NCBI GenBank assembly: GCA_951406725.2
Contig: OX597822.1
Coordinates: 97,526,001-97,590,000, forward strand
Source of the DNA: Octopus vulgaris
Lineage: Eukaryota
DNA: 64,000 nt
Reading direction: 5' to 3'
Position numbers and translations under genes: made by a program. A model generated the notes under the pieces. It had not been told where the DNA came from and searched no databases. It worked only from the letters and a program-made list of their open reading frames with translations. Every line of letters starts with the position of its first letter. The first letter of the stretch is position 1. This document shows positions 26,019 to 39,874 of the stretch, piece after piece.

Positions 26019-26425
26019 TCATCATCGTTTAGCGTCCACTTTCCATGCTAGCATGGGTTGGATGGTTCAACTGGGTCTGGGAAGCCAGAAGGCTGCACCA
26101 GGCCCAGTCTGATCTGGCAATGTTTCTACGGCTGGATACCCTTCCTAATGCCAACCACTCTGTGAGTGTAGTGGGTGCTTTTTATGTGCCACCGGCACAG
26201 GTGCCAGACAAGGCTGGCAAACTGCCACGATTGGATGGTGCTTTTTATGTGCCACCAGCATGAAGGCGAGGCGAGGCTGGCAACGGCCACGATCGGATGG
26301 TGCTTTTTACATGCCACCGGCACGGAGGCCAGCCGGGGCAGCGCTGGCAACAGCCATGTTCGGATGGTTATCTTATGTGCCACCAGCGCTGGTATCACAG
26401 CTACAATTTCCATTGATGTTGATCG
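26019..26425 (-). mobile_element. RTE 3'-UTR copy with internal repeats
   Basis: Same family as 2084-2506. Confidence 0.8.
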
Positions 26426-27332
26426 ATATATATATATATATATATATATGTTTAAAAAGTTGTTTGTTGTTCCTGGTCAGAGAGTAACCATTGGTTTTAC
26501 ATCTATAAAATGCTTAGCCATACAAGCCACTTGTCAGACTCAAATGGTTGGAAGGACTTAACCTCTCTACAATTTGAGTGAGGAAAACGTCATGGTTAGT
26601 TAATTTCTAAACATATGTATATCTACACAGACAGACATTCACACTCACACATGCATATACATATAGTCCAGTGAATCCTTATATATTGTACTGAATTGCT
26701 ACTTTTGTATTACTTTCCCTTTAAAAGTTAGAAATCAAAGATACTTTATTTCAATCTGCATTTCTTGTATGAAGATGCTTTATTCCAATCCATATTTTGA
26801 AAGTTCCACCCATCACTGTCCCAATCATAAATACACTGTTTGTTTTATAAGTTGTGCTCCACTTACTCTAAAACCTATTTGATTGTCTTTCACTCAGTGA
26901 TAGTACATACCTGTGGTTAAACACTTTTTATTTCAGATCAAGCCGTCTCAATATCTGTCAAACCTTGGTTTCATTTGTTCTCTGCAATATTGGGGGTGCT
27001 GTCTGGGTCCAGAGAAGCCCACAAAACTAAATGATAAGGTGAGGGTTTTTTAGGGAACAGGAATTAAAGCAAAAGCACTCACCCTTGCTTTTTTTTGCTC
27101 CTGCTGCAATAGCTGCTAATATAAATATGTGTTCTCTCCCATCCAGCTTACTTGAAGTAATTTCTTTGTGAATGCACCAGAGTACCAGTAATTGCATATC
27201 AAATCACTGTCAGTTGTTAACGTATTAAAAGCGAAATATTTCTGGAAGTATTTGTAAAGACATACATACATACATACATACATACATAGACATATATATA
27301 CATACATTCTCAAGCACATACACATAGATAGG

Positions 27333-27379
<47 letters not shown>

Positions 27380-28326
27380 TTATTTCATCATTGTATATAC
27401 TACGGTGATGTTTTAACCATATCGCACATGGAACTAAGAAGCGGCCATTTTAAACTGGCCATGTTGCATACATGCATATATATGTATGTATACGTTTGTA
27501 TATGTAAGTATTCGTATGTTGTATGTATATATATATGTATTTATGTTTCTCTCTGCATATATTTCACTGATGAGGCAAAGCATTTCTAAATGCAAAGCCA
27601 GAAATCCAGGATCTGGAATTATCCAGTAATTTTTTACTAGTTTTATTTTGTCTTTTTGTCTTCTCTCCTTTTGCTATATGATCACTTAATATGGTCTTAG
27701 AGTCAGATCCTGGCTGCTATTTTCAGCATGGCGGTATCTCGTAGATACTCTAAGTTATAATTTTATAGATATATATATATATTATATTATACACACACAC
27801 ACACATGCTCATCATCTTCATTTGATATCACTTTTTCCATGCTGGCATGGTTTGGGCAGTTAGGCATGAACTGATGAGCCAGAGGGTTGCACCTAACTTC
27901 AATGCTTACTTCAGTTTAATTTCTACAACTGAATACCTTTCCTTATGCCAACCACTTCACAGAGTGTGCTGTGGCATCAGTGCCAGTGATGGCACCAAGT
28001 ACCCACAAGACAAGATGTGTCAACTGAACGGAGTATAGAATTGAGGGATATGAAACTATGATAGAGAGATAGGAGCATGTGTCTTGTTGAAGAGGTGAAC
28101 AGCTGGCTTCTCCATCTGGAGAGAGATGAGGTAAAGGTACAAGATGAATATGAGAGAGAAAGAAAGAGAAGAACAATAGGATAGCTTTTATGCTGAATAT
28201 ATTGCTCTTAAAGCTCATTTGTTGCAATGTATTAGAGTTCAATAACCTGTTATTGATTGAGCTGTTTCATGTTTATATATCAGTTCTCATTGCATCCCCT
28301 CTTATACTTGCCTTTTTTTTAAAAAG

Positions 28327-28412
28327 GATATTTATTAGTGACAGAAGTAATACAAAATTTAAATTTAATTGATCCAATAACAATTCAATTTAAAAGTATA
28401 GTCACTCCTCAG
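28327..28412 (+). CDS. Candidate host-gene exon (GYLLVTEVIQNLNLIDPITIQFKSIVTPQ)
   Basis: cttgccttttttttaaaaag| ... cag|gtcaaa; phase 1-0, compatible with both neighbours. Confidence 0.45.
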
Positions 28413-28443
28413 GTCAAACAACTTAAATGCATAAACTCCCAAA

Positions 28444-28506
<63 letters not shown>

Positions 28507-29195
28507 ACACACACACATACATCTATGTATTTACATGCTTACATATATGTTATATATATATCACCATCCATCCAATATATACACACATGCGCACACACAA
28601 ATACACACACACACATATACATGTAAGTACACATTTATATACACTCTGTACTATGTGACTTTGTTTGTGCTGGCAACCTTACTAGTGTTTGTACCATGAA
28701 AATAGCAACAAGTCCATGTTTAGGAAGGGCATCCGTCATAGGAACCTTGTCAAAGCACTCTGGAGCACAATGCAGTGCTTGGTCCAGTGGAGCCTGTCAA
28801 ACCATACAACCCATGCCAGGTTTGAACATGGACAGTAAATGATGATGATGATGATGATGATGATGTTGATATGCCCTCACTGCTTTCCTTCAACTCTGCT
28901 CTTATAATTGTATTATTCAAAAGTTTCTTTTATAAAATCATAAAAACTGTTTGCACAAAACACTAAATACTTTAATGTAACATTTGCTTGTGCACGCTTT
29001 TCACTTATTGTTAACACTGCAATCTGACAAACATTCATACATGCATATACATACCAACATATATATATGTATGTATGTATATGTATATATATGTATGTAT
29101 ATATATGTATGCATATAAATGTATGTATATATATGTATGTATATAAATGTATGCATGTATATATGTATATGTATATGTCTACATATATATATATG

Positions 29196-29226
<31 letters not shown>

Positions 29227-29376
29227 GTTTCTATATGTACAGGTATATATATATCTGTATAAATCTATGTGTATATGTATATGTATGTATATATCTATAT
29301 GTATAAATGTATGTATATATATGTATATATCTATGTTTGTATATATGTAATATATATATATGTATGCATGTGTATG

Positions 29377-29409
<33 letters not shown>

Positions 29410-29562
29410 GTGTGTATCTATATGTATGTATATATACATGTGTGTGTGTGTGTATGTGTATACATATGTGTGTGTGTATATATATATGTGTATGTGTATA
29501 TGTATATATATATATATATATGTGTATGTGTATATATATGTATGTATGTGTGTGTATATATA

Positions 29563-29614
<52 letters not shown>

Positions 29615-29619
29615 AAATT

Positions 29620-30585
29620 CCAGGGGAAGAAACTAGTAGTTGATAACTTCTGCTACCGAGGTAACCAAGACTGTATTGAGGGTGGATGCTCGGACAGCAT
29701 TGCTACTAGAATAAGAATAGCCTGGGCAAAGTTCTGAAAGCTCCTTCCTCTACTGGTGACAAAGGGCCTCTCGCTTAGAGTGAAAGGTAGACTGTATGAC
29801 GCATGTGTGCAAACCGCCATGCTAAATTGCAGTGAAACATTGGCTATGTCTGCTGAAGACATGCGTAGACTTGAAAGAAATGAAGCTAGTATGATCCGCT
29901 GGATGTGTAATGTCAGTGTGCATACAAGACACAGAGTAAGTGCCCTGAGAGAAAAGTTGAACATTAGAAGCATCAAATATAGTGTGCAAGCGAGATGTCT
30001 GCTCTAGTATGGTCATGAGCTGTATATGGATGAGGAGAACTGTGCGAAGAAGTGTCACTCCCTAACAGTGGAAGGAACTTGTGGAAGAAAACCCAAGAAG
30101 ACATGGGATGAGGTGGTGAAGCATGACCTTCAAACGCTGGGCCACACAGAGGTGGTGACAGGAGACCGAGACCTCTGGAGATATGCTGTGATTGAGAAGA
30201 CTCAGCCAGTAAAGTGAGATCACAGCTGTAGCCTATATCAGTGTTTCATAACCAGCCCATTTAAAAAGTACCTTTGAATCATCGGACAACATACTGTACT
30301 TAAGGAGACCTATTGTGTCAAGTAAAATAAAAAATCAAATCACAATCAAAACTGGAAATTGTAATTGTGACTGATGCCAGTGCCACCTGACTGGCTCCCA
30401 TGCTGGTGGCACATAAAAACAACCCACTACATTCTTGGGGTGGTTGGTATTACGAAGGGTATCCAGCTGTAGAAACATTGCCAGATGAGATTGCAGCCTG
30501 GTGAGGCCTCATGGTTTGCCAGTCTCCAGTCAAACCATCTAACCCATGCCAGCATGGAAAGTGGACATTAAATGATGATGATGGT
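29620..30585 (+). mobile_element. RTE-clade LINE 3' end: RT C-terminus plus 3' UTR ending in (GAT)n
   Basis: RIRIAWAKF, KGRLYDACVQTAML, MRRLERNEASMIRWMC, GRKPKKTWDEVVKHDL; the UTR matches the dispersed (GAT)n-tailed repeats. Confidence 0.88.
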
Positions 30586-30607
30586 GTATATATCTATATG
30601 GGTATAT

Positions 30608-30910
30608 ATCATCATCATCATCATCATCGTTTAACGTCCGTTCTCCATGCTAGCATGGGTTGGACGGTTCGACCGGGGATCTGGGAAGCCAGAAGGCTGC
30701 ACCAGGCTCCAGTCTTATCTGGCAATGTTTCTACAGCTGGATGCCCTTCCTAACGCCAACCACTCCGTGAGTGTAGTGGGTGCTTTTTACGTGCCACCTG
30801 CACAGGTGCCAGGCGAGGCTGGCAACGGCCACGGTCAGATTGGTGTATTTTATGTGCCACCGGCACGGAAGCCAGCCGAGGTTGCGCTGGCATCGGCCAC
30901 GAGTCGGATA
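30608..30910 (-). mobile_element. RTE 3'-UTR copy
   Basis: Same family; tail-to-tail with 29620-30585. Further copies at 32394-32544(-), 33058-33220(+), 4420-4650, 27808-28000, 28660-28865, 42930-43110, 49605-49750. Confidence 0.8.
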
Positions 30911-30956
30911 GATACATATGTATATGTATATCATCATCATCATCATCACATACACA

Positions 30957-32215
30957 CAGACATGCAGGAAGTAAATAGACACCTTTAATTTTCAAAATCT
31001 TTCACTTAATACACAAAGCGAACAATTGAAATGTAATTGATAGGTAGGACTACATTCTTTAGTATTTAGTTGACATTCCCTTTGCAGGTTTTAATTTAGA
31101 ACCTCTTTTTGGAATTGAACTGATGAGTTTTATGATTGTCTCTTGTGGAATTTCTGCCCACTTTTCATGCAACAATTGAAACAATTCATCTTTAGATTTA
31201 GGATTCTGTCAAGTTTTTTGTATAGCTCTATCTAATATGCTCCAAAGATTTTCAGTTTGGTTCATGTCAGGAGATTGGCTCGGCCAGTGAAGCTTTTTGA
31301 TCCCATTTTCAGTCAACCATCTTCCATGAATAAAAACTCATTTTTAATTATGTTATCGTGTGAATACACCGGAAGTAGTCCTTGCTTAAGTATTTCGATG
31401 TATTTTTCAGAGTTTATGGTTCCAACGCATTCGATTAGCTCAGAACGACCATTGCTGGTGACAGCTCCCCATACCATTACAGTCATACTGCCATGTTTCA
31501 CAGTTGGTTGGAGTCGTGTCAAATCAAATTCTTGATTGGGAAGCCTCCAGACCCAAACATGTCCACTGTCTGAAAATAATGCAAATCTGGATTCATCTGA
31601 GAAAATCATTCTATCCCAAAATGAACTGGATTTTTCTGACATCTCCTTAGCCCATTTCTTTCTTTTCATGATAGTAATTGGTTGAAGGAGAGGTTTTCTT
31701 CTAGCTGCTCGTCCATGATACCCAAACTTATGCAGATATGTAACACACGTTCTTGGACTAACTTGAAGCTGTTTTGCATTGTCAGAAGCCTCCGAACAGG
31801 GTTCATTTTCCACAATTGTCTTCAAACAGTGAAGCTTCCTTTCCAAGGGCCCAGGTCAGCCAGGATGAGAATCTGTTGATTCTTTTCTTTGGCTTTTGAA
31901 TTGCACTATAATTCTATTAACAGTAGCAACAGGAATTTGAAAGATTTTCGGCAATTTTTCACTTGCTAAGACCTTTTCGGCAATTTTTCATTGCTAAGCC
32001 TCAGATTGCCCAACAATACGACCTATTTGAAAATCTGACAGTTCTGCTGAATTTTTTGTATGTGGCATGGTTACTCTTCACAAATGTTTAATATAATGGC
32101 ACCTGGAATGAAAAGGAAAAATTACATTGTAAATTCTACACAGGGGAAACACATTAAGACGTTTAGATCAGAAATTTTGAAAATTAAAGGTGTTTATTTA
32201 CTTCCTGCATGTCTA
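30957..32215 (-). mobile_element. Tc1 (DD34E) element, degenerate
   Basis: ~40-bp TIRs AGACATGCAGGAAGTAAATA.ACACCTTTAATTTTCAAAAT; [37 protein letters not shown]. Confidence 0.92.
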
Positions 32216-32242
32216 TGATATGTATGTGTGTGTGTGTGTGTG

Positions 32243-32291
<49 letters not shown>

Positions 32292-32540
32292 TGTCATCAT
32301 CATCATCACATATATGTATATATCTATTTATATTATATTATAATGTAAACATATTTGTAGTTTGTCAATTGTCTTTCTGTACTTCATTTAATATCATCAT
32401 CATCATCATCATCATCGTTTAACGTCCGCTTTCCATGCTAGCATGGGTTGGACGGTTCAACTGGGGTCTGGGAAGCCCGAAGGCTGCACCAGGCCAGTCA
32501 GATGTGGCAGTGTTTCTACAGCTGGATGCCCTTCCTAACG

Positions 32541-32587
<47 letters not shown>

Positions 32588-32640
32588 TTATATATATTTA
32601 TATATATATATATGTGTGTGTGTATGTTATATATCTGTAT

Positions 32641-32727
<87 letters not shown>

Positions 32728-32758
32728 AATATATAATGTATATATATTTATATATATT

Positions 32759-32789
<31 letters not shown>

Positions 32790-34092
32790 ATGTTATATAT
32801 CTGTATCTATATATATATACATACACATATATATATATGTATATATGCATATATATATATATATATGTGTGTGTGTATGTTATATATCTGTATCTATATA
32901 TGCATATATATGTGTATTTATGTATATACATATATATGTGCATATGTACATAACAATTTAACTGCATGTTAAATTTATATATTTATATATATATATAGGT
33001 ATGTGTATGTATATGTATATATATGTATATATATATATGTATATATCATATATGTATACGGAGTGGCTGGCGTTAGGAAGGGTATCCAGCTGTAGAAACA
33101 TTGCCAGATAAGACCGGAGCCTGGTGCAGCCTTCTGGCTTCCCAGATTTCCGGTCGAACCGTCCAACCCATGCTAGCATGGAGAACGGACGTTAAACGAT
33201 GATGATGATGATGATGATGACATATATATATGTTTATATATATGTACCTACATTTATATATATGTATGTATATGTATATATATATATGTGTATGTATATG
33301 TATACATATATGTATATATATATATATATGTATACATATATGTATATATATGTATATGTATACATATATAGATATATATGTGTGCTTATATATATATGTC
33401 AATGTATGAATATATATATATCTATATATATATGTATATATCTATATATATATGTGTATGTATGAATATACATATATATGTATGCATATGTATGAATATA
33501 TATATATGTATGTATATATATATATGTATATGTATGTATGTGTTTATATATATATATATATATACATACACATACACACACAAGGTGTGTAAAGTATTTG
33601 AGTAAATATCTTGCTGTGACCACTACCTTTGTATTATCTTTGTTTAAGAAATTAATAATGGCAGACCCCTCAGATTACTCAAAAAATGAAGAGGCATATC
33701 TGCTATCTGTCATAGATCTTTGCTTTCGGATAGCCACGGCATTGGTGCCAAGCTGTATCTGTTCCTGTTGGGAGCATTTCCCTTGGATAAACGTATCGTT
33801 GAAAGGGACAACAGCTGATTTCCGCACACCAAATTTTATCAGGCTGGCACTTGCATATGCAGTCGCATGACTAAGTCATTTGGCTAAAGCCACGGTGGGA
33901 TCCCTACATTTGACTTTTTCTAGCTGAATATTTACATACTAATATTTATTATTTATAGAGTTATTTCACACACACACACGCACATACATACACAGATATA
34001 CGCACACATATCTACAAAGATATATATATATATAAAGATATATATACATATATATATACACACATACATATATATATACATATATATATATA

Positions 34093-34134
<42 letters not shown>

Positions 34135-34136
34135 TA

Positions 34137-34191
<55 letters not shown>

Positions 34192-34261
34192 CTATATATG
34201 TATATATATATCTATATATGTATATATATATCTATATATGTATATATATATATATATATGC

Positions 34262-34418
<157 letters not shown>

Positions 34419-34419
34419 A

Positions 34420-35231
34420 CTAGCAGCATAGCCTGCGTTGCCTGGGTATGTAAGAGCCCCTAGTAGGCAACGGCTAATCCCAATCTAGTCCTTTCCCCTT
34501 AGGGAACGAAGGTGCATGTGTAGGTTGCAATGTCTTCTCTTCACTCGAATACTTCTGTGCATACGATGTACCTAGCTGTCCCTTTGGGCGAAAACATGAA
34601 AACATCATTGCGCCTCCCAAGAGAGTTAAAAAGGTCGAGTTGCGTCCCCTAGACAGTCTGTGTTTGTGTTTAATACACAAATCGGTTTGCTATGTGTGCC
34701 ACATATGATTTAATTAACTGATTTTTTCCAGTAATAAAGTATCCTATTGGAATAAAAAGGGCCATATAGCTCCTTGGAGCAGACATGATGCTCACTGTGA
34801 ATTAAAAAAAAAATTCCTGCCAATTTGTGAAAGATATTGTCGAAAATATGTCATCTTGAATTTGAACGCAATTTCCCAAAATGGCATGATTTTATCGATT
34901 TTTTCTGATGGTAAGGTATTGCATGGAAAACTAACGTCAGAATTAGGTTTCATAGGGTACCATTAAGCTTCACCATGAGTTTGGTGAAAATCGATTGCAA
35001 GTTGCGAAAACTACAACAGAAAATGTGTTGCATATAAGAAGCTTAGATTCTCGACCCCATGTCGAATTTATCAATGCTTTTCAGAACTGGGGGAACTTTT
35101 CAAAATTTTCGCTGCGTTAGTTTTGAATTATGACATTGGGCTATGTGTGTGTCAAGTTTCATCAGAATCAGTTGAAAGCCGTGGTCAGGGTGAGGGTACA
35201 ACCTGACAGACACACAGACAGACAAACTGCC

Positions 35232-35240
<9 letters not shown>
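34420..35240 (-). mobile_element. Non-autonomous Helitron, internal-deletion derivative of the 58195 element
   Basis: 34420-34620 aligns to 58195-58395 (CTAG, hairpin, RepHel C-terminus); 34627-35000 aligns to 63633-64000; the 5' end runs into (TA)n. Confidence 0.9.
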
Positions 35241-35303
<63 letters not shown>

Positions 35304-35419
35304 TTATATATATATATATATATGAATATCTGTAGATATTTATATATATATATGTGTGCGTATATATATATGTATATTTGTATATATATACATATATATA
35401 TATATATATGTATATACAG

Positions 35420-36140
35420 TCCCAGTACCTTGCCCACCTGTTCATGCATCGAGGATACCCCCTCAACCCTTGTCCAAACCACTCTTGCCTGCGCTCGTCT
35501 AATTGATCCTTCGCCACACCAATCCCCTAACTGCATCCCCTTCCCCTCCTTTTCCACTTCTCCATCCTAACCCTTTGTCACAACATCATCCTATGGTTTT
35601 TCCATTGTCTCCAGCTTGACCCACCACCCACCCCATTTTCCCCAACCCACCCTTGTCCTCCTTTAAATGTGCCCATAACTTATGTGATCTGCTGGTCTAT
35701 AGCACTTACTTCTCTCCCCTCCCCAGCCCCATTCAGATCCTTCCCTTGCTCTAGATTCCCACTGCCCTTTCATCACCACCACCACCTCCCTCACTGGATC
35801 CAACCACCACACTCTTCACATTAGAAACTCCTTCTCCTGCACCTCTTCAAGCCTTGTGTATTGCAATAGATGTAATCTCTGCAATAAAGTCTACATTGAT
35901 CAGATGGGCTGCTAGGTGGCTGACCTGTTCACCGAACATCTAAGGGATGTTCGGCTATGCACGAATACCCCCACCACCTGTCATTTCTTCTTGGCCGACC
36001 ACTCCACCTTCAATATCTCCATCTCTGTCCTTGCCCTGCACCATGGGTCCACACGCTCCAGACTCCTCCTGGAACAGCGTTACACTTTCTGCCTAGAAAC
36101 ACAAGTCCCTCTTGGACTCAACACAACCTCCTTCTCTTAA
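35420..36140 (+). mobile_element. Penelope-like element fragment (GIY-YIG C-terminus)
   Basis: FSCTSSSLVYC..C..CNKVYIDQ, FTEHLRDV, RLLLEQRYTFCLET..PLGLN. Confidence 0.8.
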
Positions 36141-36489
36141 TGACTCTCTCTACAAACTCCTTAAAATAAATAACTTTTTATTTAATTTAATTTTATTTCA
36201 TTTTATTTTATCCTCCTGCTTTTATCCCACCTAATTTTTTACACTGTTACAATTTTCTCAATTTTTTCTCATTTTCTTTCCATTGAATTGTTTAACTTTT
36301 TAATTGCATCATTTTTTTTTTATAATTGTATTAATTTCTATTTTAACCCTTTAATTTTTATTGTTTTATTTTTTTATTTGTTTATCTTGGATCTGTTATT
36401 TTTTAATAATTTTTTTACATTTTGTACACTTTCCTTTTTTCCGCCCTTTATTTATTGATCTATATTTATATTCTAACGTATTTCTGTAT

Positions 36490-37520
36490 ACACGCACACA
36501 TAGTTATACACATACACATGCAAATATACATGCACAAGCTCACATTCCTGAATGCACATATACATCCAACACACACCACACACATATATACGACACACAT
36601 ACATGCACATACATACACACATGCATGCGCACACATATACAGGCACACATGTGCACACACATGCACACAACACACATGCACACAAGAATGCACTTATACT
36701 TCCACATAACACAACCCCCCACACACACATACACATACACACACGCGCATACATGCACACACACAGACATACACACATATGCACACACATACATGCACGC
36801 ATCAATGCCCATACACCTCACATACTTCCCACATACACCACATATGCACACAACACACACATACTTGCACAAACACAACACATGCATACATGCATGCAAA
36901 CACATATGCATGCACATACACACATGCAAACACACTCACACACACATGTACAGGAATGCACATATATCTAACACACACAACCCTACACACACATGCACAC
37001 ACCTACATACATGCACACATACACACACTAGTACACACAACTCTATATGCACATACATACACATGTGCATACAAGCACAAGAATGCACATATACCGCCAC
37101 ACACACAACCCCATGTTCACACACACATATGCACATGCACACACACACATGTGCACACACATATACATGTATACACACACACACATATATACATGCACAC
37201 ACATACATACCCATGTATACATGGACACACACATACACCGATACACATGCACACACATACATGCACACATATACACATATGCCTCCCACACATACAACAC
37301 ACTCATACATACATGCACACAATTACACATACATGGGCATATACACACACGCACATTTATGTGCACACACGCACATACACCCACACAGACACACATGCAC
37401 ACACGCAGGAATGCAAATATACTCCACACACATACACACAGAAATGCACATATACTCCACACACACACAACATATACATACACAGACATGCACACACATA
37501 CACATGCACACACATACTTC
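36490..37520. repeat. Compound CA/TA/GC alternating purine-pyrimidine simple sequence
   Basis: Directly visible; similar (TA/TG)n fields at 15830-16285, 29060-29615, 32545-33580, 33965-34415, 38680-39125, 40880-41600. Confidence 0.9.
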
Positions 37521-37559
37521 AAACTGCCAGTCAAACACCTTTCTACTGACCATTCCTCT

Positions 37560-37946
37560 GGATGGAAGCACTCCGTCGGTTACGACGACGAGGGTTCCTG
37601 TTGATCCGATCAACGGAACAGCCTGCTCGTGAAATTAACGTGTAAGTGCCGAGCACTCCACAGACACGTGTACCCTGAACGTAGTTCTCGGGGATATTCA
37701 GCGTGACACAGAGAGTGACAAGGCCGGCCCTTTGAAATACAGGTACAACAGAAACAGGAAGTAAGAGTGAGAGAAAGTTGTGGTGAAAGAGTACAGTAGG
37801 GATCACCACCATCCCCTGCCGGAGCCTCGTGGATCTTTTAGGTGTTTTTGCTCAATAAACACTCACAACGCCTGGTCTGGGAATCGAAACCGCGATCCTA
37901 CGACCGCGAGTCCACTGCCCTAACCACTGGGCCATTGCGCCTCCAC
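37560..37946 (-). mobile_element. SINE family C variant with a different 3' half, 11-bp TSD
   Basis: TSD accattcctct at 37549-37559 and 37947-37957. Confidence 0.85.
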
Positions 37947-38291
37947 ACCATTCCTCTATGCACATGTGAAGAGACACACAACTACAGAAAGCACTGCCAT
38001 TCCTGTTACCATGCTGCTGAATTCTTCTTACAACATTAAGAGACACAAAGTACACTCACACATACATATATAAACAGCCAACACTACACAAACAACACAC
38101 ACACAACACATACACACATACGCGCACACACATGCTATTACACACACACACACATACATACCTCTTCTCTTATACTCTCCTGTCTTAGGAAGAACTTTTT
38201 CTTCACCCAATCCAGTCATTTCAAAATGTAACCACATGTGAATCCTTGGCGATTTTCTTTCTCCATCTTCCTTTCTATTGCACTTACCTCT

Positions 38292-38326
38292 GTTACTGAA
38301 GAAGAGCATTGCTCGAAACATTAAAC
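38292..38326 (+). ncRNA. Minimal hammerhead motif (slightly decayed)
   Basis: GTTA-CTGAAGA-A-GAGC-att-GCTC-GAAA-CA-T-T-AAAC (ACGT to ACAT by CpG decay). Confidence 0.5.
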
Positions 38327-38403
38327 CATCTTTCTTTCCTTCCCTGAGTATCTGCAAATACTTCACATGTACCACGAGCTCTTATTGTTGTTTTTTGTTT
38401 GTT

Positions 38404-38446
<43 letters not shown>

Positions 38447-38473
38447 TGAAGCATGACTGTCAACACTACTACA

Positions 38474-38518
38474 TGAACCCGAAGATTGCAGAATTCAATG
38501 CATGAAAGTACTAGTTCA
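38474..38518 (+). ncRNA. Minimal hammerhead motif, U4C variant
   Basis: TGAAC-CCGAAGA-T-TGCA-gaattcaa-TGCA-T-GAAA-GTAC-T-A-GTTCA. Confidence 0.62.
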
Positions 38519-38675
38519 ATCAGAATGAATATTTAACATTCTACTATTTCATTTTATTTTACTAAATTATAATATATTATCTTATATATATATCTTATAA
38601 GATGTATATATACATATGAAAATCAGACAAGTTGTAATTCTATTTATTAATATATTCTTCTATACACAATCATAC

Positions 38676-38722
<47 letters not shown>

Positions 38723-38790
38723 AACAAATATAAAAACAACAATAAGTGTGTGTGTGTACATATATATATATATATGCATAAATATATATG

Positions 38791-38824
<34 letters not shown>

Positions 38825-38878
38825 TATCTGTATGTATATATATATATATGTATATATATATGTGCATATATATATGTA

Positions 38879-38926
<48 letters not shown>

Positions 38927-39095
38927 CGTGTATATAAATGTATATATATAGATATGTGTGTTGTGTATATATATATGGTATAGGCGATATATATATATAT
39001 ATAGTATATGTATATATATATATATGCATATACATGTGTATATATATGTGTATATGGTATATATATATGTGCATATATGTTTGTATATATGTGTG

Positions 39096-39126
<31 letters not shown>

Positions 39127-39179
39127 AAGCTGTATGTGTATTTTCCTATATATATAAACTTAGATATGTTTTGACCAAA

Positions 39180-39540
39180 GATTGGTTCAGGCGATGTACC
39201 TATATGTTAATAGCACCACCTGATAGGGGCGTATTATCTAAATACTTTGAAGTCAAGTTTTGTTTATGGTCCATTCAGTAGTGAGTTCTAGTTGAGTGAA
39301 CTGTATCCAGGTATGGGTGGCTTATCTGGTATTCCATATCGAGATGAGAAAACTGTCCAGACTCCGTTTAAAGGTGATGGGATCCCCTTCCTCTTTCATC
39401 AGTTTTGGGACAATGTTATACAGGGCAGGGCAGGGCCTGTTGAGGAAAAGAAATTATGTTGCAGTGTACCTATATGTTGTGATCCTGAATTGGGCAGGGG
39501 GCGTATTGCCCATGGACCCAGTCTTGGATGAACCTAAACT
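39180..39540 (-). mobile_element. CR1/L2-like LINE 3' fragment
   Basis: HPRLGP..HNFFSSTGPALYNIVPKL..FKRSLDSFL. Confidence 0.6.
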
Positions 39541-39779
39541 ATATATATATATATATATATATATAGTATATTTATACATATTGTATATATGATATATATA
39601 TATATATATATATATGAAGGCTTTATTATATATATATATAAAACTATCCAGACTCCGTTTAAATATATCCCCTATATCTATCATCAGTTTTGGGACAATG
39701 TTATACATATTGATATAAAATATAGTCGCATGTACCTTTATATTGTATACTGAATTGGGCATATGTATATATATCCCAG

Positions 39780-39789
<10 letters not shown>

Positions 39790-39821
<32 letters not shown>

Positions 39822-39831
39822 ATATATAATC

Positions 39832-39874
<43 letters not shown>

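Noticed and set aside
33538-33870. 110-aa ORF ([12 protein letters not shown]..)
   Set aside because: Contains the ggtgccaagctgtatc..ccttggataa segment shared with SINE family D; repeat-derived.
36361-37632. 423-aa His/Thr-rich ORF and overlapping Cys/Val ORFs
   Set aside because: Translation of CA/TA simple sequence, open in several frames on both strands.
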